From Desulfobulbus propionicus DSM 2032 (GTDB lineage Bacteria > Desulfobacterota > Desulfobulbia > Desulfobulbales > Desulfobulbaceae): a stretch of 32,000 nucleotides of DNA. A model generated the notes under the pieces. The model was not told where the DNA came from. It saw nothing but the letters and a program-made list of their open reading frames with translations, and did no database searches. This document shows, piece after piece, positions 27,219 to 32,000 of this stretch (its first letter is position 1; each line of letters begins with the position of its first letter). Where the stretch lies: contig NC_014972.1 in assembly GCF_000186885.1 (NCBI RefSeq), forward strand, positions 2,700,001-2,732,000. Direction: 5' to 3'. The position numbers were made by a program, and so were the translations under genes.

Positions 27219-28058
27219 ATGTCTACCGAGTATCCCTTTTCCTCTACCCAGATCGCTATGGCCTTGGCTACCCTACACCAAGAGGCTTCCAAGAAAACCG
27301 AAAATGGTTTCTTCATGCTCAAGGCCAATTACGAAGCCGACAACATGGAAATTAGCACCACCCGCCTAGGCCGGGCAGCAGGTTACACCAACTACAATAC
27401 TGCCAACGAACAGTATGGCTCTTTTGCCCATCGCGTCTGTGACAAACTCGACTATACCCCGGACAAACGAGCTGATGGCAGTCCGATATGGACCTCGGTG
27501 CTTTGCGAGGAGAGTGCGGAAAAGGACCATCAGGGCCACTTTCAGTGGAAGCTTCGGCACCAAGTCGCCAAGGCCTTGGAATCCCTCGGTCTAGTCAAAC
27601 CAATACCCCGGACTGACCTGCTTGATGACATCGCGATTAGAGAGAACGAATTGGCCAACTATTCAGCCAAAGACCGGGAGGCTATCGTCAAGGCCCGCAT
27701 TGGTCAAGGGGAGTTCCGCAAGCGACTGATCCGCTTCTGGGGTGGCTGCGCCGTTACCAGCTGCGACTGCATGGAAATTCTGGTTGCCTCTCACATTAAG
27801 CCTTGGCGCGACTGTGTCGGCAAGGAGGCCATTGATCAAATGAACGGCTTGCTGCTCTTGCCCAATCTGGACCGAGCCTTTGACCGCGGTTTGATCAGCT
27901 TTACTGACGATGGCCAAATCCTCATGGCCCGGGCACTCACCGATAACCTCGCCAAAACCCTAGGGATTAACCAGGATATGCGGCTTCGGAAAATCTTGCA
28001 CTATCACCATGTCTATCTAAAATATCATCGGCAACACATTTTCATGGAGAATTTATAA
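27219..28058 (+). CDS. HNH endonuclease (HNH_2-type C-terminal nuclease domain; N-terminal ~170 aa of unknown function)
   Basis: The C-terminal region RIGQGEFRKRLIRFWGGCAVTSC...LVASHIKPW...NGLLLLPNLDRAFDRGLISF matches the pattern of stand-alone HNH (PF13391-like) nucleases. The start is placed at the ATG at 27219 because the upstream part of the track ORF runs through REP-A. No SD is visible. Confidence 0.75.
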   Translation: MSTEYPFSSTQIAMALATLHQEASKKTENGFFMLKANYEADNMEISTTRLGRAAGYTNYNTANEQYGSFAHRVCDKLDYTPDKRADGSPIWTSVLCEESAEKDHQGHFQWKLRHQVAKALESLGLVKPIPRTDLLDDIAIRENELANYSAKDREAIVKARIGQGEFRKRLIRFWGGCAVTSCDCMEILVASHIKPWRDCVGKEAIDQMNGLLLLPNLDRAFDRGLISFTDDGQILMARALTDNLAKTLGINQDMRLRKILHYHHVYLKYHRQHIFMENL

Positions 28059-28073
28059 AAATCGGAAAACCTG

Positions 28074-28103
28074 GTAGGGTGGGCACGGTTGTATCGTGCC
28101 CAC
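28074..28103 (+). repeat. REP-like palindromic element B
   Basis: GTAG-GGTGGGCAC-ggttgtatc-GTGCCCAC. It is in the opposite orientation to A and C. It lies 15 nt after the HNH stop and 43 nt before the RAYT ATG. Confidence 0.8.
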
Positions 28104-28146
28104 TAACACAATTGAAACCATAACACCCGCCCCCTCAAACAATCCC

Positions 28147-28668
28147 ATGCCCAACTACCGCCGCGCCATTACCCCGGGCGGCACCTTTTTCTTCACCGTC
28201 GTCACCTATCGGCGCAGGTTGCTGTTCGATCATCCCGAAGCTCGGCGTATCCTGCGGCAAACGGTTCGGGAGGTCCAATCCAGATACCCTTTCATCATCG
28301 ACGCCTGGGTGCTTCTTCCGGACCACCTGCACTGCATCTGGACCCTGCCGCCCGATGACGCCGACTTCTCCCTGCGCTGGAACCGGATCAAATCCACCTT
28401 TTCCAAACAGGCCAAGTCATTATTTCATAATGAACAATGGGTAAGCGATTCGCAACGCAAACACCGGGAATCCACCATCTGGCAGCGACGATTCTGGGAA
28501 CATCGGATCAGAAATGAGGACGAATACCGGATAGGTACGGACTACATCCATTACAATCCGGTCAAGCATGGCTGGGCAAACCAGGTGGCGGACTGGCCAT
28601 TTTCCACCTTCCATCGGTCTGTGCGGGCAGGGATTTATCCGGTTGATTTGGGGTGGGCAAAGGGATGA
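28147..28668 (+). CDS. REP-associated tyrosine transposase (RAYT; IS200/IS605-like Y1 HUH enzyme)
   Basis: 173 aa from the ATG at 28147. MPNYRRAITPGGTFFFTVVTYRRR is a typical RAYT N-terminus. The HUH motif is LPDHLHCIW and the catalytic Tyr region is TDYIHYNPVKHGW. It is flanked by REP hairpins in inverted orientation. Confidence 0.88.
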   Translation: MPNYRRAITPGGTFFFTVVTYRRRLLFDHPEARRILRQTVREVQSRYPFIIDAWVLLPDHLHCIWTLPPDDADFSLRWNRIKSTFSKQAKSLFHNEQWVSDSQRKHRESTIWQRRFWEHRIRNEDEYRIGTDYIHYNPVKHGWANQVADWPFSTFHRSVRAGIYPVDLGWAKG

Positions 28669-28705
28669 AGCTGCCCCGCGCGGGTTTGGTGAATAAATCA
28701 CTTCT

Positions 28706-28736
28706 CGGTGGCCATGGTACAACTGTGCCCACCCTA
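28706..28736 (-). repeat. REP-like element C (degenerate)
   Basis: ggtggccatGGTACaactGTGCCCACC-CTAC. It retains the exact 13-mer GTAGGGTGGGCAC on the - strand, but the other arm is disrupted. Confidence 0.65.
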
Positions 28737-28762
28737 CTTACAATAACGGAAGATTAATCGCT

Positions 28763-29170
28763 ATGATCCAACCTGAAATCGAAAAACACCTCCGCAACGA
28801 TGCCTTTGCCCAATGGCTGGGCGCCACCATTGAAACCATCGAACCGGGCTACAGCCGGGTGTCACTGGTGGTGAGTGAATCGATGCTCAACTTCCACCGC
28901 ATGACCCACGGCGGGTTGGTGTTTGCCCTGGGTGACATCGCCTTTGGCGCCGCCAGCAACTCGCACGGCCAGACCGCCCTGGCTCTCAATGTGGCCATCA
29001 ACTTTGTCCGCGCCACTGGGGTGGGCGATCACCTGGTGGCCGAGGCCAAAGAGGTGCAACAGGGCGGAACCATCGCCCTGTACGATATCGTGGTCAGCGA
29101 ACGGAACAGCGGCCAACTGGTTGCCAAGAGCCAGGCCACGGTGTACCGTAAACGGCAATCCTTTGTCTGA
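28763..29170 (+). CDS. PaaI/YbgC-type hotdog-fold thioesterase
   Basis: 135 aa. The NFHRMTHGGLVFALGDIAFGAA motif and the size are typical of PaaI-family thioesterases. Confidence 0.8.
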   Translation: MIQPEIEKHLRNDAFAQWLGATIETIEPGYSRVSLVVSESMLNFHRMTHGGLVFALGDIAFGAASNSHGQTALALNVAINFVRATGVGDHLVAEAKEVQQGGTIALYDIVVSERNSGQLVAKSQATVYRKRQSFV

Positions 29171-29245
29171 AAGACCTCACCGTCTAGGGCGACCGGCCTT
29201 TCCCGATCCAACCGTTCAACTTGTTCCGCCCGGCGCTGCCGAGCC

Positions 29246-30436
29246 ATGAGGCGTACCATGGAAAACGCATTTTCCGACCGCATCACCGATGTCCCCAAGT
29301 CCTTCATTCGCGAGATCCTCAAAGTCACCATTGACTCCTCGATCATCTCCTTTGCCGGCGGCCTGCCCAACCGCACGTTCTTTCCGGTCAAGGGGCTGCA
29401 ACAGGCGGCCCATGACGTCTTCGAGGAGGCGGGCAACGAGATCCTCCAATACTCGAACTCCGAGGGCTATCTCGGCCTGCGCCAGTTCATCGCCGACCGC
29501 TACCGCACCCAGCAGGGGCTGGAAATTCCGGTCGAGGACATCCTCATCACCACCGGTTCGCAGCAGGGGCTCGATCTGCTCGGCAAGACCTTCCTCAACG
29601 AAGGCGACGACCTGATCATCGAGGAACCGGGCTACCTTGGTGCCATCCAGGCCTTTGCCATGTACCGGCCCCGCTTCCACCCGGTGCCGGTGTTTGAGGG
29701 CGGCATGGACATCGACAAGTTGGCCCAGGTGCTCAGGGAGCGGCAGCCAAAGCTGCTCTACACGGTGACCAATTTCCAGAATCCGAGCGGCATCAGCTAC
29801 AGCGATGACAACCGCAGGGCCGTGGCCGAGCTGGTGCAGGGCCGCTCCTGCCTGATCATCCAGGACGATCCCTATGGCGACCTGCGTTTCTCCGGCACGC
29901 CCAAAGTCTCGTTCAAGCGTCTTCTCTCCGCCAACACCGTGCTGCTCGGTTCATTCTCGAAAACCGTGGCCCCGGCCCTGCGTCTGGGCTGGCTGGTGGC
30001 GCCGCCGCCGATCATGGACAAGCTGGTGATCGCCAAACAGGCAGCGGACCTGCACACCGACTATCTGGCGCAGCGCATCCTCTACCGATTCCTCTGCGAC
30101 AACGACATTGATGCCCATATCGCCACCATCATCCGCCAGTACGGCAAACAGAAGGAGGCGATGATCAGCGCGATCAAAGACTCCTTTCCCGCCGGGGTGC
30201 AGTCCACCAACCCGGAGGGCGGCATGTTTCTCTGGGTCACCCTGCCCGAAGGAATCTCGTCGATGGCCCTGTTCGAGGCGGCCATCAAGAAAAAGGTTGC
30301 CTTTGTGCCGGGAACCCCTTTCTATGTGGACCGCAAGGACAGCAATACCCTACGCCTGAACTTTTCCTGCTCGGATGAACCGACCATCGTCGAGGGGATC
30401 AAACGTTTGGGCCAATCCATCAAGGAACTTTTGTAA
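29246..30436 (+). CDS. PLP-dependent aminotransferase, class I/II (2-aminoadipate/aromatic aminotransferase-like)
   Basis: 396 aa. FSDRI...SFIREILK at the N-terminus, YSNSEGYLGLR, QNPSG, and SFSKTVAPALRLGW (the PLP Lys). The start could be the ATG at 29246 or at 29258. Confidence 0.85.
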   Translation: MRRTMENAFSDRITDVPKSFIREILKVTIDSSIISFAGGLPNRTFFPVKGLQQAAHDVFEEAGNEILQYSNSEGYLGLRQFIADRYRTQQGLEIPVEDILITTGSQQGLDLLGKTFLNEGDDLIIEEPGYLGAIQAFAMYRPRFHPVPVFEGGMDIDKLAQVLRERQPKLLYTVTNFQNPSGISYSDDNRRAVAELVQGRSCLIIQDDPYGDLRFSGTPKVSFKRLLSANTVLLGSFSKTVAPALRLGWLVAPPPIMDKLVIAKQAADLHTDYLAQRILYRFLCDNDIDAHIATIIRQYGKQKEAMISAIKDSFPAGVQSTNPEGGMFLWVTLPEGISSMALFEAAIKKKVAFVPGTPFYVDRKDSNTLRLNFSCSDEPTIVEGIKRLGQSIKELL

Positions 30437-30454
30437 AAAAGAAAGGAGGCATCC

Positions 30455-30817
30455 ATGTTCACCACCAAGAAAATAGCCTGCACCTGCACTGCCCTGGCCC
30501 TCTGTGCCGTGATGCTTTTCGGCTGCGGCGAGGATCAGGAGAAAAAAACGGAGAAAAAAGATGTAACCGTCCAACAGCAGCTGGGCAAGGACGCGGCGCA
30601 AAGCGTGCAACAACCGCTGGAAGACGCGCGCAAGGCAGCTGAGCAGGCAGGAGAAAAGGCCACGCAGGTGATCGACAGCGCTGCGGAAAAAACAAAGGAA
30701 GCGGTCAATGAGACCGTGAAGCAGGCCGATCAGGTGATCGAGGCTGCGGCCGAAAAGGCCAAAGAGGCTGCCCAGGAAACAGAGGGCAAAGAGAAGAAAA
30801 AGCTGGAAGGCTGCTAA
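30455..30817 (+). CDS. Small lipoprotein, Ala/Glu/Lys-rich
   Basis: Strong RBS AAAGGAGG. The signal peptide has the lipobox MLFGC. The mature part is low-complexity and helical, with recurring AAEK.KEA segments. Confidence 0.7.
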   Translation: MFTTKKIACTCTALALCAVMLFGCGEDQEKKTEKKDVTVQQQLGKDAAQSVQQPLEDARKAAEQAGEKATQVIDSAAEKTKEAVNETVKQADQVIEAAAEKAKEAAQETEGKEKKKLEGC

Positions 30818-30823
30818 GCGGCA

Positions 30824-30855
30824 TAAAAAAAGGGATGCGTCCTGGACGCATCCCT
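30824..30855 (-). terminator. Rho-independent terminator of the cbpA-like gene
   Basis: Stem AGGGATGCGT (30831-40) / ACGCATCCCT (30846-55). On the - strand it is followed by a 7-T run (A-run at 30824-30830 on the + strand). Confidence 0.8.
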
Positions 30856-30901
30856 GCACTGCACCCTGACGGCGAGCCGGTTCCCCGCCTCACCGTATCT
30901 T

Positions 30902-31846
30902 TTACAAACCAACCGCAGCCAATCCCTTGACCGCTTCTTCCTGCTCCGAGGACAGGGTTTTGGGAATACGGACCGCTATTTTCACCAACAGATCACCGCG
31001 ATGGCCGATGGGGCCGGTGGGCAGGCCATGCCCCTTGATCCGCAGCTTGGCCTCCTGTTGCACGCCGGCCGGCACCTTGACGTTGAATTTCTTGCCGTCC
31101 AGGGTGGTCACCTCGATGGTGGTTCCCAGGCAGGCCTCGCTGAACGGAATGCGATGTTCGACCACCAGGTCTTCTTCAGCTCGCTGAAACACCGGATGCT
31201 CGGCCACATGCACCTTGAGGTACAGATCTCCGGCCGGGCCGCCCGACGAGGAGGGCGCCCCCTTGCCGGACAGCCGTAATCGCTTGCCGTCCTCAATCCC
31301 CTTGGGGATCTTGACCGAAACATTCTGGGGCTGCCCGCCCTGACGCAGACTGATGGTCTTTTCCGCCCCATGGAGCACATCCTCCAGGGTGACGGTCATC
31401 TCGTAGGTGAGGTCGCTGCCCTTGACCGGTTGCGGACCGCAACCGCCGCAACCGCCGCGCATCCCCCCCTGTCCGAACAGGTTGTCGAACGGCGAACCGC
31501 CGCCTGCGCCACGAAAGCCGCTGGTATGAAAGGCTCCGCCACCGCTGCGGAACCCGCCGCCAAAGCCAAACTGGCGGAGAATATCGTTGAGATCGAAATT
31601 GCGGAAGATGTCTTCCTGGGAATAGCGCTGCTTGAATCCGGTTGAACCGAAGGTGTCGTACTGCTGCCGTTTCTCCGGATCAGAGAGTACCGCATAGGCC
31701 TCGCTGATCTCCTTGAACTTTTCCTCGGCCTGCTTGTCGCCGGGGTTCTTGTCTGGATGGTATTTGAGGGCCAATTTGCGGTAGGCCTTTTTTATCTCGT
31801 CGGCGCTGGCTGTTTTTGCCACGCCAAGAATTTGATAATACTCCAT
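30902..31846 (-). CDS. cbpA: DnaJ-class co-chaperone without zinc finger (CbpA-like)
   Basis: J domain YYQILGV...[10 protein letters not shown], a G/F-rich region, and the DnaJ C-terminal substrate-binding domains. There is no 4x CxxCxGxG zinc finger. The start is placed at the ATG at 31846 (the track uses the TTG at 31864). Confidence 0.85.
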   Translation of the reverse strand: MEYYQILGVAKTASADEIKKAYRKLALKYHPDKNPGDKQAEEKFKEISEAYAVLSDPEKRQQYDTFGSTGFKQRYSQEDIFRNFDLNDILRQFGFGGGFRSGGGAFHTSGFRGAGGGSPFDNLFGQGGMRGGCGGCGPQPVKGSDLTYEMTVTLEDVLHGAEKTISLRQGGQPQNVSVKIPKGIEDGKRLRLSGKGAPSSSGGPAGDLYLKVHVAEHPVFQRAEEDLVVEHRIPFSEACLGTTIEVTTLDGKKFNVKVPAGVQQEAKLRIKGHGLPTGPIGHRGDLLVKIAVRIPKTLSSEQEEAVKGLAAVGL

Positions 31847-32000
31847 AAAACGCTCTTCACACAATAAAGGTTGCTCTCAAATGGGCGGCTAGTGGAGGGT
31901 ACTATAAGATCAAATGCGGCCTTGTCTATCGAACGGCCTCGGCCGCGGTCATTTTTCCGCAGGCAAGCCGGTGGCCGCGCCGATACGCTGGCCGCTGACA

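Larger units (their letters stand above)
28074..28736 (+). mobile_element. RAYT gene with flanking inverted REP elements (domesticated Y1-transposase/REP unit)
   Basis: REP-B (GTAG...) and REP-C (...CTAC) bracket the RAYT CDS in inverted orientation. The same 13-mer occurs three times within 1.6 kb. Confidence 0.7.

Noticed and set aside
30350-30859. 169-aa - strand ORF
   Set aside because: It is antisense to the lipoprotein gene, which has a strong RBS and lipobox, and it runs through the terminator hairpin.
31949-32000. Possible 3' end of a - strand gene (...VSGQRIGAATGLPAEK*) at the window edge
   Set aside because: Only 16 codons are visible, which is too short to support a call.
1-32000. 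Looked for CRISPR arrays, tRNA/rRNA genes, and IS elements with terminal inverted repeats
   Set aside because: I saw no regularly spaced direct repeats, no cloverleaf-like or rRNA-like segments, and no transposase other than the RAYT. Absence is judged by eye only.

Overview
This 32 kb window looks like chromosomal DNA from a GC-rich anaerobe. The gene content fits a Desulfobulbus-type (deltaproteobacterial) propionate/succinate metabolism, but that assignment is inference only.

Gene order:
- sdhC (5' truncated), sdhA and sdhB on the + strand.
- A DctB-like sensor kinase and a DctD-like sigma-54 activator on the + strand.
- A TRAP transporter, dctPQM, on the - strand and convergent with the kinase/activator pair. 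It has a good sigma-54 -24/-12 promoter upstream of dctP.
- A KamA-family radical-SAM aminomutase, an HDOD-GGDEF protein and a CitE/HpcH-family lyase.
- A long - strand block: sucC, sucD, a 12S-type carboxyltransferase, a 65-aa protein, and a 5S-type carboxyltransferase fused to a biotin carrier. I read this block as a methylmalonyl-CoA pathway module.
- About 1 kb of apparently non-coding spacer.
- A P-loop NTPase fused to an Asp23-like domain, followed by a lone family-5 solute-binding protein.
- A leuC/leuD-like dehydratase pair.
- An insertion-like island: REP hairpin, HNH nuclease, REP hairpin, RAYT (REP-associated tyrosine transposase), degenerate REP.
- A PaaI thioesterase, an aminotransferase, a small lipoprotein and a CbpA/DnaJ-like protein.

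No rRNA, tRNA or CRISPR array was seen.

The most interesting items are:
- the REP/RAYT locus that also brackets an HNH gene;
- the P-loop/Asp23 fusion;
- the 1 kb spacer upstream of sucC, which carries a duplicated 28-nt motif.

Many long ORFs in the track are antisense or off-frame shadows of GC-rich genes and were rejected. All functional calls rest on motifs read by eye and on recalled family signatures. No database search was run.
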